Positions 30,546-41,148 of a stretch of DNA of 64,000 nt are shown one piece after another. Below the pieces are notes generated by a model. That model was given only the letters and a program-made list of their open reading frames with translations. It was not told the DNA's origin and made no database searches. The DNA lies in NCBI GenBank assembly GCA_965261735.1, contig OZ253470.1, positions 4,000,001 to 4,064,000 of the forward strand, read 5' to 3'. Source of the DNA: Alphaproteobacteria bacterium. Lineage in GTDB: Bacteria; Pseudomonadota; Alphaproteobacteria; SHVV01. Position 1 is the stretch's first letter, and every line of letters begins with the position of its first letter. The position numbers and the translations under genes were made by a program.

Positions 30546-31469
30546 ATGCTGCGCTACGTGGTCGCGCGCCTCCTACAGGCGGTACTCACGCTTTTCCTTC
30601 TGTCCATCCTGATTTTCCTGCTGGCACGGGTGCTGGGCGATCCCGTGGCCTTTATGCTGCCCTTCGATGCGCTGCCCGAGGACATCGAGCGCATCACCAA
30701 GATGCTCGGCTTCGACCGGCCGTTGCACATCCAGTATGCCGACTTCCTCATCAGCGTCTTGCAGGGTGACCTCGGCGTGTCGACGCGCCAAGCCGTGCCC
30801 GTCACCGAGCTGATCGCCGACCGCTGGATCGCCTCGGCGCAATTGATCGGCGTTGCCATGGCATGGGCCATCCTCGCGAGCCTCGTCCTCGGCATCCTGG
30901 CCGCCGTGTACCGTGGCGGCGCGATCGACGCGTTCGCGCGCGTCCTCGCCATCATCGGCCAGTCGGCGCCGCCGTTCTGGGTCGGCATCATTCTCATTCA
31001 AGTCTTCTCGGTATGGCTCGAGCTGTTGCCGTCGGCCGGAATCGGCAGCTTCGAGCACCTCGTCCTGCCGGCCTTCACCATGGGCCTGTTCGGTATTGCC
31101 GGCATGACGCGCCTGCTGCGCTCGGGGATGCTCGACGTCCTCGACAGCGAGTACGTCAAAAAGGCACGTATCATGGGCGTGAGCGAGAGGGCCGTGATCT
31201 GGAAGCATTCGCTGAAGAATGCCTGCCTGCCGGTGTTGACCTTTACCGGCGAGTATTTCGGCCTCCTGATCGCCGCCGGGGTGGTCGTCGAGACCGTGTT
31301 CGCCTGGCCCGGCATGGGCCGGCTCGCCTACGACGCCGTTTTCACGCGCGACTACCCGCTCATCCAGGGCGTCATCATGGTGATCGCGGTCTTTGTGCTG
31401 TTCATGAACCTCGCCGTTGACATCCTGTACGCCTACATCGACCCCAGGATTCGCTATGAGCGTTCGTGA
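30546..31469 (+). CDS. ABC permease (DppB-like)
   Basis: EYVKKAR..G.SE..VIWKH.LKNA, VETVFAWPG.G, RDYPLIQG. Confidence 0.92.
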   Translation: MLRYVVARLLQAVLTLFLLSILIFLLARVLGDPVAFMLPFDALPEDIERITKMLGFDRPLHIQYADFLISVLQGDLGVSTRQAVPVTELIADRWIASAQLIGVAMAWAILASLVLGILAAVYRGGAIDAFARVLAIIGQSAPPFWVGIILIQVFSVWLELLPSAGIGSFEHLVLPAFTMGLFGIAGMTRLLRSGMLDVLDSEYVKKARIMGVSERAVIWKHSLKNACLPVLTFTGEYFGLLIAAGVVVETVFAWPGMGRLAYDAVFTRDYPLIQGVIMVIAVFVLFMNLAVDILYAYIDPRIRYERS

Positions 31470-32340
31470 ACCGAGCGCGCCCGCCGCACCCGTGGCGACG
31501 CCGACGTCGTCCGGTGTCTCGCCCTTTATCATCCTGCTGGGGTCGCTGGTCGCCATCATCGTGCTCGCCGCCGTCTTCGCCGACTTCATCGCGCTCCACC
31601 CGGCGGACGAGGCATCGTTGCGCAACCGCCTCAAGCCGCCGTTCTGGTTCGAGGGCGGAAGCATGCTCTACCCGCTCGGCACGGACGATTTGGGACGTGA
31701 CATCTGGAGCCGCATGATCTTCGGCGCCCGCGTCTCCCTTAGCGTCGGCCTGTTCGCGGTCGGTGGCGCCGGCTCGGTCGGCGTGGCGCTCGGTCTCGTC
31801 GCAGGCTACATGGGCGGACGGACCGACGCGGTCATCATGCGCTTCACCGACGCGGCATTGGCGGTCCCCCTCATCCTCGTCGCGCTGTTGTTCGTGGTCA
31901 CCCTGGGCCAGGCCTTCATCAACGTCATCATCGCGCTCGCGATCCTGCTGTGGTCGCGATACACGCGCGTCATTCGCAGCGAAGTGCTCTCGCTCAAGGG
32001 GCGCGACTTCGTGGCGCTCGCACGCATCGCCGGCGCCTCGCACCTGCGGATCATGCTGCGCCATATCCTGCCCAACATCATGAACACCGCCGTGGTGCTG
32101 TTCACGCTACAGCTCGGCACGGTCATCCTCGTCGAGGCGTCGTTGAGCTTTCTCGGCGCCGGGGTGCCGCCGCCGACGCCCGCGTGGGGTACTATGGTCG
32201 CCGACGGTCGCGATTTCACGGCGACGGCCTGGTGGATCTCCTTCTTCCCCGGTATCGCAATTCTCGTGACCGTGCTCTCGTTCAACCTGTTAGGCGATTG
32301 GCTGCGCGACCGGCTCGATCCCAAATTGCGCCAACTCTAG
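31456..32340 (+). CDS. ABC permease (DppC-like)
   Basis: LGTDDLGRDIWSR, RHILPN, EASLSFLG.G..PP...WG.M, FNLLGD.LRD.LDP. Confidence 0.92.
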   Translation: MSVREPSAPAAPVATPTSSGVSPFIILLGSLVAIIVLAAVFADFIALHPADEASLRNRLKPPFWFEGGSMLYPLGTDDLGRDIWSRMIFGARVSLSVGLFAVGGAGSVGVALGLVAGYMGGRTDAVIMRFTDAALAVPLILVALLFVVTLGQAFINVIIALAILLWSRYTRVIRSEVLSLKGRDFVALARIAGASHLRIMLRHILPNIMNTAVVLFTLQLGTVILVEASLSFLGAGVPPPTPAWGTMVADGRDFTATAWWISFFPGIAILVTVLSFNLLGDWLRDRLDPKLRQL

Positions 32341-32415
32341 CCGTCGGCGGGGATGCCGCCAGTTTGCCCGTGCTCCGCGTTGGGCGATGCGCTATAGGTA
32401 GCGATAGAGGTTCTC

Positions 32416-33270
32416 ATGCACGTTGCCTTTGCCGATATCGATGGCATCTCGACCCGCTACTATCATGAGGGGTCGGGGTACCCGGTGCTGCTGATCCACG
32501 GGGTCGGCGTATCGGCCGATTCCTGGCTGCGCAATATCGATTCGCTCGCCGCCGACTTCCATGTCATCGCGCCCGACACGCTGGGGCATGGCTTCACCGG
32601 AACCGGCGACTATCGGGCCGGGCCGCCACAGCCCCATGTCGTCGACCACCTCGTCGCACTCGTCGAGCACCTCGGCCTCGACAGGTTTGCCGTCGCCGGA
32701 AGCTCGATGGGCGCGATGCTCGCGCTGCTCCTGTATTTCAGGCTCCCGGGGCGCATCGAGCGCCTGATCCTGATCAGCAGCGGCTCGAGCACGTTGTCCG
32801 AGGAGGAGCTGTCGCGCACGCTCAAGGAGTCGTTCGCCAACGGGCTCTCGGCGATCGTCCATCCGACGCTCGAGTCCTGCCGCAAGCGCATGGAGAACAT
32901 CTTCTACGACCCGGCCGCGGTGCCCGACGAACTCGTGCTCATGCAGCTCACCATGTATGCGCTGCCCGGTGCGGTCGCCGCCTATGAACCGCGCATGCGC
33001 GGTATGATGGACCTGGAAGGAAGCCGACCCTATCGGGTGGCCGACCGCCTGGGCGAGATCGAGGTGCCGACCTTACTGGTGTGGGGCCGCGACGACCCGC
33101 GCGTCATCTTCGCGCGCGCCCAGGAAGCGGCGGCCAAGATCCCCGATTCCCGCCTGGTGGGGTTCGAGAAGTGCAAGCACCCCCCCCACATCGAGCACGC
33201 CGAGCGGTTCAATGCGCTGGCCCGCGGCTTCCTGAAGGGCGAAGCCCTGGAAGCGGCCGCGGTAGGCTGA
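32416..33270 (+). CDS. Alpha/beta hydrolase (meta-cleavage product hydrolase-like)
   Basis: LIHG, APD.LGHG, GSSMG nucleophile elbow, WGRDD, HPPHIE. Confidence 0.85.
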   Translation: MHVAFADIDGISTRYYHEGSGYPVLLIHGVGVSADSWLRNIDSLAADFHVIAPDTLGHGFTGTGDYRAGPPQPHVVDHLVALVEHLGLDRFAVAGSSMGAMLALLLYFRLPGRIERLILISSGSSTLSEEELSRTLKESFANGLSAIVHPTLESCRKRMENIFYDPAAVPDELVLMQLTMYALPGAVAAYEPRMRGMMDLEGSRPYRVADRLGEIEVPTLLVWGRDDPRVIFARAQEAAAKIPDSRLVGFEKCKHPPHIEHAERFNALARGFLKGEALEAAAVG

Positions 33271-33292
33271 GCGTAGACGAGGAGCCGGAGCG

Positions 33293-34162
33293 ATGCGTGT
33301 CACCTTTACCGAGATTGGCGGCATTCCCACGCGCTATTTCTACGAGGGGGACGGCAATCCGCTGCTGCTGCTGCACGGCGCCGGCGTCTCCGCCGACACT
33401 TGGATGCGCAACATCGACCCGCTGGCGGCCGATTTCCGCGTCCTCGCTCCCGACACGCTCGGCCACGGCTTCACCGGCAACGGCGACTACCGCGAGGGCC
33501 CGCCCGCGCCCTTCGTGATCAAGCACCTGAAGGCCTTCGTCGATCACATGAAACTCGACCGCTTCTCGGTGGCGGGCAGCTCGTTCGGGGCGGTGATGGC
33601 GATCCTGCTCTATTTCGAGATGCGCGAGCGCATCGACAAGATGGTGCTCGTCAGCAGTGGCTCGAGCACCCTGTCAGAGGAAGCGGGCCTGAAGGTGCGC
33701 AAGGAATCCTTCGCCAACGGTATCTCCGCCATCGCCGACCCGACGCTCGAGTCGTGCCGCAAGCGCATGGAAAACATCTTCTACGATCCGGCCACGGTCC
33801 CGCCCGAGCTGATCTTCATGCAGCTCACGATGTACGCGCTGCCCGGGGTGCGCGAAATGTACGAGGCGCGCATGAAGGGCAACATGGATCTCGACGCGGC
33901 CCGCCCCTATCGCGTCGCCGAGCGCCTCAGCGAAATCAAGGTGCCGACTTTGATGCTCTTTGGGCGCAACGACCCGCGGGTCGATTTCGCCAAAGCCGAG
34001 GTGGCTGCGGCGAGCATCGCTGAGTCGCGCCTGATCGGCTTCGACAAGTGTAAGCACCATCCGCACGTCGAGCGCCCGCAGCAATTCAACGCCCTGGTCC
34101 GGCAGTTCCTCACGGGAACGGCGCTGGAAGACCTCGACGCGTCAGGCGTCGCGGCGAGCTAG
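33293..34162 (+). CDS. Alpha/beta hydrolase, tandem paralog of 32416-33270
   Basis: GSSFG; shares PTLESCRKRMENIFYDP and MQLTMYALPG with its neighbour. Confidence 0.85.
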   Translation: MRVTFTEIGGIPTRYFYEGDGNPLLLLHGAGVSADTWMRNIDPLAADFRVLAPDTLGHGFTGNGDYREGPPAPFVIKHLKAFVDHMKLDRFSVAGSSFGAVMAILLYFEMRERIDKMVLVSSGSSTLSEEAGLKVRKESFANGISAIADPTLESCRKRMENIFYDPATVPPELIFMQLTMYALPGVREMYEARMKGNMDLDAARPYRVAERLSEIKVPTLMLFGRNDPRVDFAKAEVAAASIAESRLIGFDKCKHHPHVERPQQFNALVRQFLTGTALEDLDASGVAAS

Positions 34163-34189
34163 CACGGGCGCGCGCAAGGAGGGCGGAAC

Positions 34190-35293
34190 GTGGCACACGC
34201 ATTCGCGCAGGTGATCTCGGGCGACTCGCACGTCAACGAGCCGACCGAGCTGTGGTTGGACACCATGGGTAAGAAGTTCGGCGATCGCACGCCGCGCCTG
34301 ATCGACGAGTATCAGGGCGACAAGGGGCGCTACTTCTTCACCGGGCTCCGCGTCATGAAGCTCTCCGATGACGAGGACGAGTTGCGCAACATGGGGGTCG
34401 CCCTCAACGTGGCCTACGAGCCGCAGGCGCGGCTCGACTTCCAGCGCCAGGCCGGGATCGCCTCGGAGATCATCAACCCGACCTTTGGGCTGCACCAGCT
34501 CGTCGGCCCCGACCGCGAGGCCATGCGCGTGGCGATGCAGGTCTACAACGACTGGGCCGCCGAATTCATCTCGCACGACCGCCAGCGCCTCATCGGCGCC
34601 TGCATGGTGCCGGTCGATGACGTCGATTTCGCGGTCGCGGAGCTGACCCGCGCGCGTGACAAGGGCCACTGGGGCGCCATGATCAACATGCAGCCGCCCG
34701 AGGGCCGGCCGCCCTACCGCGATCCCATCTACGACCCGCTATGGGCGTGCGCCCAGGACCTCGGCATGCCGCTGACCCTGCACTTGGCGACGGGGCGCAA
34801 CAAGACCGCCCTGCAGGCGCGCGGCAAGGAAGAGCTCGAGGAGGTCGCCGGCCTGCATTTGCACGCCAGGCTCGAAATCATGGCCATTCTCGGCAACGAC
34901 TTCATCTTCGGCCGCATCCTCGACCGCTATCCGGAGCTGGACATCATCTGCAGCGAATTCGAGATTTCGTGGATTCCGTGGTTTTGTGCCAAAATGGACG
35001 AACTGCAGTTCGCGATGGCGCATCGCCTCGATCTACCGCGATTGAAGATGAAGGCCAGCGACTACGTGACGAAACGCATATGGCACGGGATGATTAGTGA
35101 TCCCTACGGCGTCAATACGATAAACATAATGGGCGCCGAGACGATCCTGTGGGGCTCGGACTTTCCCCACGTTCGCTCGATTGGCCTCAACGCCCACGAC
35201 TACTTGGGAGAACTGCTTACCGGACTCTCCGAGGCGGATCAGGACAAGGTCGCCGGAGGGAACTGCGCCCGACTGGTCGGCCTATCGCGCTGA
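34190..35293 (+). CDS. Amidohydrolase-2 family protein, paralog of 10678-11772
   Basis: ISGDSHVNEP, KFGDRTPR.IDEY, LWGSDFPHVRSIGL. GTG start follows GGAGG. Confidence 0.9.
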   Translation: MAHAFAQVISGDSHVNEPTELWLDTMGKKFGDRTPRLIDEYQGDKGRYFFTGLRVMKLSDDEDELRNMGVALNVAYEPQARLDFQRQAGIASEIINPTFGLHQLVGPDREAMRVAMQVYNDWAAEFISHDRQRLIGACMVPVDDVDFAVAELTRARDKGHWGAMINMQPPEGRPPYRDPIYDPLWACAQDLGMPLTLHLATGRNKTALQARGKEELEEVAGLHLHARLEIMAILGNDFIFGRILDRYPELDIICSEFEISWIPWFCAKMDELQFAMAHRLDLPRLKMKASDYVTKRIWHGMISDPYGVNTINIMGAETILWGSDFPHVRSIGLNAHDYLGELLTGLSEADQDKVAGGNCARLVGLSR

Positions 35294-35338
35294 CCCCGCA
35301 ACTCATGCCGCAACCCTACACATAGAGGGAATCGAAAA

Positions 35339-36301
35339 ATGGCCATTCAGCAGGACGCACCAGGCGCGGAGGTGTATTTCCAGCCGCGACGGCTGGGCCA
35401 CGCCAACATCTTCATCAGCGACGTCGAGAAATCGATGGACTTTTACCAGGAAGTCCTCGGCATCGAGGAGGTCTACCGGCGCCCACCGGTGAAGGCCGGC
35501 TTCCTATCGAACGGCAACACCCACCACGACATCGGCATGGTCGAGTACTCCGGGCCGGCCGGCTGGAAGGACGAAGCCGGTCTCAACCACATCGCTTTCG
35601 AGCTCGAGACGCAGGTCGACCTCGTCGACGGTTATCGGCGCGCCGAAGCCGCCGGCATCCACTTCCCGCGCACCATCGATCATGAGATCGCGCACGCCCT
35701 GTACTTCTCCGACCCCGACGGCAACCGGGTCGAGATCTACGCCGACACGACACGGGACTGGCGCAACCGCAGGACCGGGCTCGTGCAGAACCCGACCTAC
35801 GAATGGACGCCGGGCAGCGTCCCGCCATCGCCGGAGATTCTCTATAACCCCGACCCGGAAATCCGGCGCATCGACGCGGCCGTCTTCCATCCCAAGCGCA
35901 TTACCCACTGCGCCCTCGCGGTGGTCGATTTCGCCGGCGCCTACGCGCACTACACAGACAAGGTGGGGCTACGTCCGATGATCGGCGGCCCCGACAGCCG
36001 GATCGCGGCGTTGGGCGGTACCTGCGGTGCGCGCGACTTGGTGCTGATCCGTGCCGACGGCGGCCGTGAACCGGGCCTTCATCACATGGGGTTCGTGGTC
36101 TGGGACGAGGCCGACCTGGAAAAGTCGATCGAGCGCATGCGCCGTGAGGGAATCACCCACGAGGCCGATGTCGATCATTCGAGCCGGCGCAGCATCGTCG
36201 TGCGCGACCCCGACGGCCTGCGCATCCAGTTCTATGTCGACCGTGGGGCAGCGCCCAACCTCGAGGACGTCGACGAGGACGCCGCCATCTATCTCGCCTG
36301 A
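35339..36301 (+). CDS. Two-domain VOC protein (extradiol ring-cleavage dioxygenase/CatE-like)
   Basis: RLGHAN, HHDIG, LNHIAFE, DH..AHALYFSDPDGN.VEIY; second domain ITH..L, LHHMGF, RDPDG. Confidence 0.8.
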   Translation: MAIQQDAPGAEVYFQPRRLGHANIFISDVEKSMDFYQEVLGIEEVYRRPPVKAGFLSNGNTHHDIGMVEYSGPAGWKDEAGLNHIAFELETQVDLVDGYRRAEAAGIHFPRTIDHEIAHALYFSDPDGNRVEIYADTTRDWRNRRTGLVQNPTYEWTPGSVPPSPEILYNPDPEIRRIDAAVFHPKRITHCALAVVDFAGAYAHYTDKVGLRPMIGGPDSRIAALGGTCGARDLVLIRADGGREPGLHHMGFVVWDEADLEKSIERMRREGITHEADVDHSSRRSIVVRDPDGLRIQFYVDRGAAPNLEDVDEDAAIYLA

Positions 36302-36375
36302 CGCGCCATGGCGGGGCCGACGAGGCCGGCCGGTGGCCGGGCCGCGGCGTATATCGCGAGTGAAGCGGGAGGCAT

Positions 36376-36843
36376 ATGAGCATCGAGGAAAAGCTGGCGG
36401 CTCTGAACCTGGCCCTCCCGGAGCCGTTCAAGTACCCGAGCCCCAACCGGACCGGATGCGTCGTCGTCGGCAACCTCGCCTTCGTCTCGGGTCACCCGCC
36501 GGCGGCGCTGCCGGGCGTGGCGGTCGAAGGCAAGGTCACGGCAGACCTTTCCGAGGCCGATGCGGTTGTCGCCGCGCGCGCCTGCGCCCTCAACATGCTG
36601 GCGTCGCTCGAGCAGCAGGTTGGCGATCTCGGTCGGGTGAAGCGGGTCGTCAAGCTGCTCGGCATGGTCAACTCCTCGCCAGGCTTCGATCGCCAGTTCG
36701 CGGTCATCGACGGGGCCTCCGATCTGCTCGTCTCGCTGTGGGGCCCGGAGCACGGCGCCCACGCGCGCAGCGCGGTCGGCATGTTCGAGCTGCCGCGCGG
36801 TATCCCCGTCGAGGTCGAGGGGATCTTCGAGCTTCATCTCTAG
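36376..36843 (+). CDS. RidA/YjgF family protein
   Basis: FVSG, RVVKL.GMVN, V.DGASDL...L.G...G.HARSAVG..ELP...PVEVE. Confidence 0.88.
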   Translation: MSIEEKLAALNLALPEPFKYPSPNRTGCVVVGNLAFVSGHPPAALPGVAVEGKVTADLSEADAVVAARACALNMLASLEQQVGDLGRVKRVVKLLGMVNSSPGFDRQFAVIDGASDLLVSLWGPEHGAHARSAVGMFELPRGIPVEVEGIFELHL

Positions 36844-36877
36844 GCCAGCGCGCACGCGCCTCGCCGACGAGATCGCC

Positions 36878-37861
36878 ATGAACCAGCCGCTGCTTCAGGT
36901 CGAAAACCTGAAATCCTACCTCTTCACGCGCTGGGGTGTGGTCAAGGCGGCCGACGATCTCAGCTTTACCGTGGGCCGCGGCGAGACGCTCGGGCTGGTC
37001 GGCGAATCGGGCAGCGGCAAGAGCATCACGTGCCTGTCGATCCTGCGGCTGCTGCCGGCCGGCGGCAAGATCGTCGGCGGGCGCGTGCTGTTCGACGGCG
37101 AGGACCTCGTCGAGAAGAGCGAGGCGGAAATGCGCACCTTTAGGGGCAAGCGCATCTCCATGATCCTGCAAGACCCGATGACGTCGCTCAACCCCGTGCT
37201 GTCAATCGGCGACCAGGTGGCGGAGCCGATCCGCCTCCACCAGCATCTCAGGGGCAGTGCCGTACTGGCCAAGGTGGTGGAAGCGCTGCGGCTACTCAAG
37301 ATCCCGGCGCCGGAGATGCGGGTGCGCGACTATCCCCACCAGATGAGCGGCGGCATGCGCCAGCGCGTCGTCGGCGCCATCGCCCTGTCGTGCGAACCCG
37401 ACCTGTTGATCGCCGACGAGCCGACGACCTCGCTCGACGTGACGATTCAAGCGCAGTACCTGGCCTTGCTGCAGGAGATCCAGAAGGAGCACGGGATCTC
37501 GATCCTGTTCATCACCCACGACCTCGGCATCGTCGCCAAGATGTGCCATCGCGTCGCGGTCATGTATGCCGGCCGCATCGTCGAGCTGGTGTCGGTGATG
37601 GACCTGTTCGACGATCCGCGGCACCCCTACACGCGCGCGTTGCTCGCCTCGGTGCCCAACCCCGACCACCCGCAAGCGCGGCTGCCTTCGATCGAGGGTC
37701 AGCCGCCGCTGCTGCACGAGCAATTGCCGGCGTGCCCGTTCGCACCGCGCTGCGCCCACGCCGACCAGAAATGCTACGACGAGGAACCGCCCGAGGTCGC
37801 GGTGGCCGACGACCACATGGCCCGCTGCTGGAGAGTTGCCGATGGCACCCTCGCTCATTGA
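36878..37861 (+). CDS. ABC ATP-binding protein (DppD-like)
   Basis: [40 protein letters not shown]. Confidence 0.93.
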   Translation: MNQPLLQVENLKSYLFTRWGVVKAADDLSFTVGRGETLGLVGESGSGKSITCLSILRLLPAGGKIVGGRVLFDGEDLVEKSEAEMRTFRGKRISMILQDPMTSLNPVLSIGDQVAEPIRLHQHLRGSAVLAKVVEALRLLKIPAPEMRVRDYPHQMSGGMRQRVVGAIALSCEPDLLIADEPTTSLDVTIQAQYLALLQEIQKEHGISILFITHDLGIVAKMCHRVAVMYAGRIVELVSVMDLFDDPRHPYTRALLASVPNPDHPQARLPSIEGQPPLLHEQLPACPFAPRCAHADQKCYDEEPPEVAVADDHMARCWRVADGTLAH

Positions 37862-38810
37862 ACTCGACGGGGTGAAGAAGCACTTCCCCGTCAGCAAGGG
37901 GCTCCTGCTCGCGCGCACAATTGGCTGGGTCAAGGCGGTGGACGGCATCTCCCTTTCCGTTGAGCCCGGAAGGACCCTCAGCCTGGTCGGCGAATCCGGG
38001 TGCGGCAAAAGCACCGTGATCAAGTTGATCCTGGCGGTCGAGAAGCCGACGGCTGGCCGTGTGCTGTTCGAGGGCCAAGACCTCCAGGGATTGACTGGCG
38101 GGGAACTCAAGAGGTACCGCGCCTCGGTGCAGGCCGTGTTTCAGGACCCATGGGGATCGCTAAACCCGCGCATGCGCGTCGACGCGATCATCGGCGAGCC
38201 GTTGTACGTCAACGATGCCATGGACGGCGCCGCCCTCACCGAGCGCGTCGAGGAGCTCCTCGTGCATGTCGGCCTCAAGCCCCAGCATGCGCGCCTCTTT
38301 CCGCACGAGTTCAGCGGTGGCCAGCGCCAACGCATCGCCGTGGCCCGCGCCCTGGCGCTCAACCCCCGCCTGGTCGTGCTCGACGAGCCCGTATCGGCGC
38401 TCGATGTGTCGATCCGGGCGCAAATCATTAATCTTCTCAAAGACCTGCAGGATGAGCACCAGCTCAGCTACGTGCTGGTGGCCCATCATCTCGCGACCGT
38501 GTGGACGGTCAGCGACGAGGTCGCCGTGATGTATCTCGGCCAGGTCGTGGAGCACGCCGCGGTCGATGAACTGCGCACCCACCCCCTGCATCCCTACACC
38601 CAGGCCCTGATGTCGGCGGCGCTGCCCGCGCACCCGCGCGACTCGCGCGAGGACGTCATACTACCTGGCGAGGTGCCCTCACCGATCGATCCGCCGGCCG
38701 GATGCCGCTTCCACACCCGCTGTCCCCAGGCCATGCCCAAGTGCTCCGAGTCGGTGCCCGCGTTGCGCGAGATGAGTCCCGGTCATTGGGCGTCGTGCCA
38801 CCTCTACTAG
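37842..38810 (+). CDS. ABC ATP-binding protein (DppF-like)
   Basis: GESGCGKS, FPHEFSGGQRQR, DEPVSALD, GCRFHTRCP. Confidence 0.93.
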   Translation: MAPSLIELDGVKKHFPVSKGLLLARTIGWVKAVDGISLSVEPGRTLSLVGESGCGKSTVIKLILAVEKPTAGRVLFEGQDLQGLTGGELKRYRASVQAVFQDPWGSLNPRMRVDAIIGEPLYVNDAMDGAALTERVEELLVHVGLKPQHARLFPHEFSGGQRQRIAVARALALNPRLVVLDEPVSALDVSIRAQIINLLKDLQDEHQLSYVLVAHHLATVWTVSDEVAVMYLGQVVEHAAVDELRTHPLHPYTQALMSAALPAHPRDSREDVILPGEVPSPIDPPAGCRFHTRCPQAMPKCSESVPALREMSPGHWASCHLY

Positions 38811-38848
38811 GTGGCGCCGGCCAGCCAACTCTGGGAGGCCCTCAGGCG

Positions 38849-40024
38849 ATGAAAAAACAGCCCGCCATACCCGCCGTCATCGACGGCGACGGTCACCTCT
38901 ACGAGGAGACCAACCTGTGGGTCGAGCGAATCGATCGCAAGTACAAGGACGCCGCGCCGCGGCTGGTAGCCGACGGCGATGCCGCGTATCTGATGATGGA
39001 GGGCTCCTTCTTCCCCAACAAGAGCGGTCCCAACGTGGGCAAGCCGCTGGGCCTGCGCGATCACAAGTGGCGCGGCCGCGTGCACGACCACCTCTCGGAT
39101 GATCCCGACGTGCGCGGACAATCCCCCGAGCTGCGGCTCGAGGACATGACGGAGATGGGCGTCGACGTCGCGGTCCTCTACCCGACGCTCGGGCTCCACG
39201 TCGCCGCCGGGACCGACGACCCGGACTATGGCCTCGCTTGCGCGCGCGCCTACAACGACTGGCTCTACGACTATTGCCAGGCCGATCCCCGGCGCCTCTT
39301 CGGCATCGCTATGCTGCCGATGCAGGATGTGACAAACGCGGCCCGCGAGCTCGATCGGGCAGTCACCAAGCTCGGCTTTCGCGGCGCCTTCATTCGCCCC
39401 AGTCCGATCGCCGGACGGGCGCTCGACAACCCGTATTTCGACCCCCTGTGGGCGGAAGCCGAGGGGCTCGACGTCCCGGTCAACACGCACGAGGTCACCG
39501 GCTGCGGCACCGTGCCGTCGGCGGGCGCCGATCAGTTCGACAACTTCTTCTTCACGCACAGCACGTCACACAGCATGCAGACCATGGTGGCCTTCGCGCA
39601 GATCGTCGCCGGTGGGGTGATGTCGCGCCACCCGCGGCTCAAGGTCGCGTTCCTGGAATCAGGGGTCGGCTGGTTGCCGTTTTGGCTCGACCGGCTCGAC
39701 GAGCACTACGAGATGCACCCGGAGTGGGTGCCGTGGCTGGAGAAGGCGCCGAGCGCTCATTTTCGCGAACAGGGGTTCATCGGCGCCGAGGCCGAGGAGG
39801 AGATGCTGGCCTACGCCATCGAACGGTGCGGCTCGGACCGCATCCTGTTCGCCTCCGACTATCCGCACTGGGACGCCTCGCCCGATCCCGTCGGCGGGTT
39901 TCTGGCCAAATGGGAGGACCGCCTGTCGGTCGACGACCAGGCCAACGTCATGTGCCACACGGCGGAGCGGCTCTACAAGATCGACTTGCTGGCGCTCGAC
40001 CCCAAGCTTGCCGTGGCGGGCTAA
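38849..40024 (+). CDS. Amidohydrolase-2 family protein
   Basis: IDGDGH..E, VLYPTLG, AYNDWL.DYC, RHP.LKVAFLE.G.GW, ILFASDYPHWD. Confidence 0.9.
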   Translation: MKKQPAIPAVIDGDGHLYEETNLWVERIDRKYKDAAPRLVADGDAAYLMMEGSFFPNKSGPNVGKPLGLRDHKWRGRVHDHLSDDPDVRGQSPELRLEDMTEMGVDVAVLYPTLGLHVAAGTDDPDYGLACARAYNDWLYDYCQADPRRLFGIAMLPMQDVTNAARELDRAVTKLGFRGAFIRPSPIAGRALDNPYFDPLWAEAEGLDVPVNTHEVTGCGTVPSAGADQFDNFFFTHSTSHSMQTMVAFAQIVAGGVMSRHPRLKVAFLESGVGWLPFWLDRLDEHYEMHPEWVPWLEKAPSAHFREQGFIGAEAEEEMLAYAIERCGSDRILFASDYPHWDASPDPVGGFLAKWEDRLSVDDQANVMCHTAERLYKIDLLALDPKLAVAG

Positions 40025-40214
40025 GCCGTCGTTGACGGCGAGTCCCGAGACGCCGGCGGTGCCTCCGCGGCAGCAATCCACACCAAATGTAACGCTCGCT
40101 ACTTCGCTTACCGCACCTGACGGGTAAGGTCCGCGATGTTTCGGCGCGGGGCCGCACGAGCTGTGCGGCGGCCCGGCTCTACGCTTTTTTGCCGGGGCGA
40201 GAAGGACGTGTGTC

Positions 40215-40991
40215 ATGAGCCAGTTAGATGCGAGGCCAAGCCAACCTTGCGCCGTCGGGCGCGGCCGGACGGCGGTACCCGCCGCCGATACCCCGAGCCT
40301 TGCCGGCATCGCGCTCCTGTCGGGCCTGCCTGCATCGGTCCTGCGATCGCTCACCGATCAATGCCGATGGCATCGCTTCGCGGCTAACCAGCTGATTCTC
40401 GATCGCAGCGAGGAGGAGCACGACGTCTTCTTCGTCCTCGCGGGTGCCGTGCGCGTCGTCAACTACTCGCGCACCGGGCGCGAGATCGCGTACGACAGCG
40501 TCGAGGCGGGTGGCTACTTCGGCGAGCTGCTGGCGCTCATCGGGCCGCCGCGGTCGGCCACCGTCATCGCCGCCGACGAGTGCCTGATCGCCAGCTTGCC
40601 GCATGACGCGTTCGTGCGCTTGCTCCACGACTACCCCGACCTCGCCATCAAGGTGCTGCAGCGTCACGCCGGCATCATCCGCTCGAGCGACGATCGCATC
40701 ATGGACCTGTGCACCTTGAAGTCGGTGCAGCGCGTCTACGTCGCCCTGTTGCGGCTCGCCGAGTACGACGACGAGTCGGACCAATGGATCATTCCACCGA
40801 TTTGGACGCAGAGCGTGATCGCCAGCCACGCCGGTACGGCGCGCGAAACGGTGTCGCGCGTGCTCGCCCAGCTCGCGGGAGAAGGCGTTGTCGCGCGTCG
40901 AATGCGCATCCTGCGCATCCTCGACAAGCCGCGCCTCGAGCGCCTCTCCGAGGCCGCGGACTCCGACATGGCGGACAGTCTCGCCCACTGA
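40215..40991 (+). CDS. Crp/Fnr family transcriptional regulator
   Basis: cNMP pocket FGELLAL...PRSAT; HTH TQ..IA...GTARETVSR.L. Confidence 0.9.
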   Translation: MSQLDARPSQPCAVGRGRTAVPAADTPSLAGIALLSGLPASVLRSLTDQCRWHRFAANQLILDRSEEEHDVFFVLAGAVRVVNYSRTGREIAYDSVEAGGYFGELLALIGPPRSATVIAADECLIASLPHDAFVRLLHDYPDLAIKVLQRHAGIIRSSDDRIMDLCTLKSVQRVYVALLRLAEYDDESDQWIIPPIWTQSVIASHAGTARETVSRVLAQLAGEGVVARRMRILRILDKPRLERLSEAADSDMADSLAH

Positions 40992-41025
40992 TCAGGCGCG
41001 TCCCGTGCCCGTTTAGCGACCCAAG

Positions 41026-41072
41026 GTGACCACCGTCACGCGCCGACGCACGCGTCCTGTAACGGCGGTCAC
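41026..41072. promoter_or_regulatory. Two CRP-type boxes
   Basis: GTGA-CCACCG-TCAC (41026-41039) and GTAA-CGGCGG-TCAC (41059-41072), 33 bp apart, upstream of the Sel1 gene. Confidence 0.6.
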
Positions 41073-41148
41073 TCCCGGATTCCCGAGACCTCCCTATGTG
41101 TAGGTCACAGTCCTACACAAGGCCGGAAGGCCATGCGGAGGTAACCCC

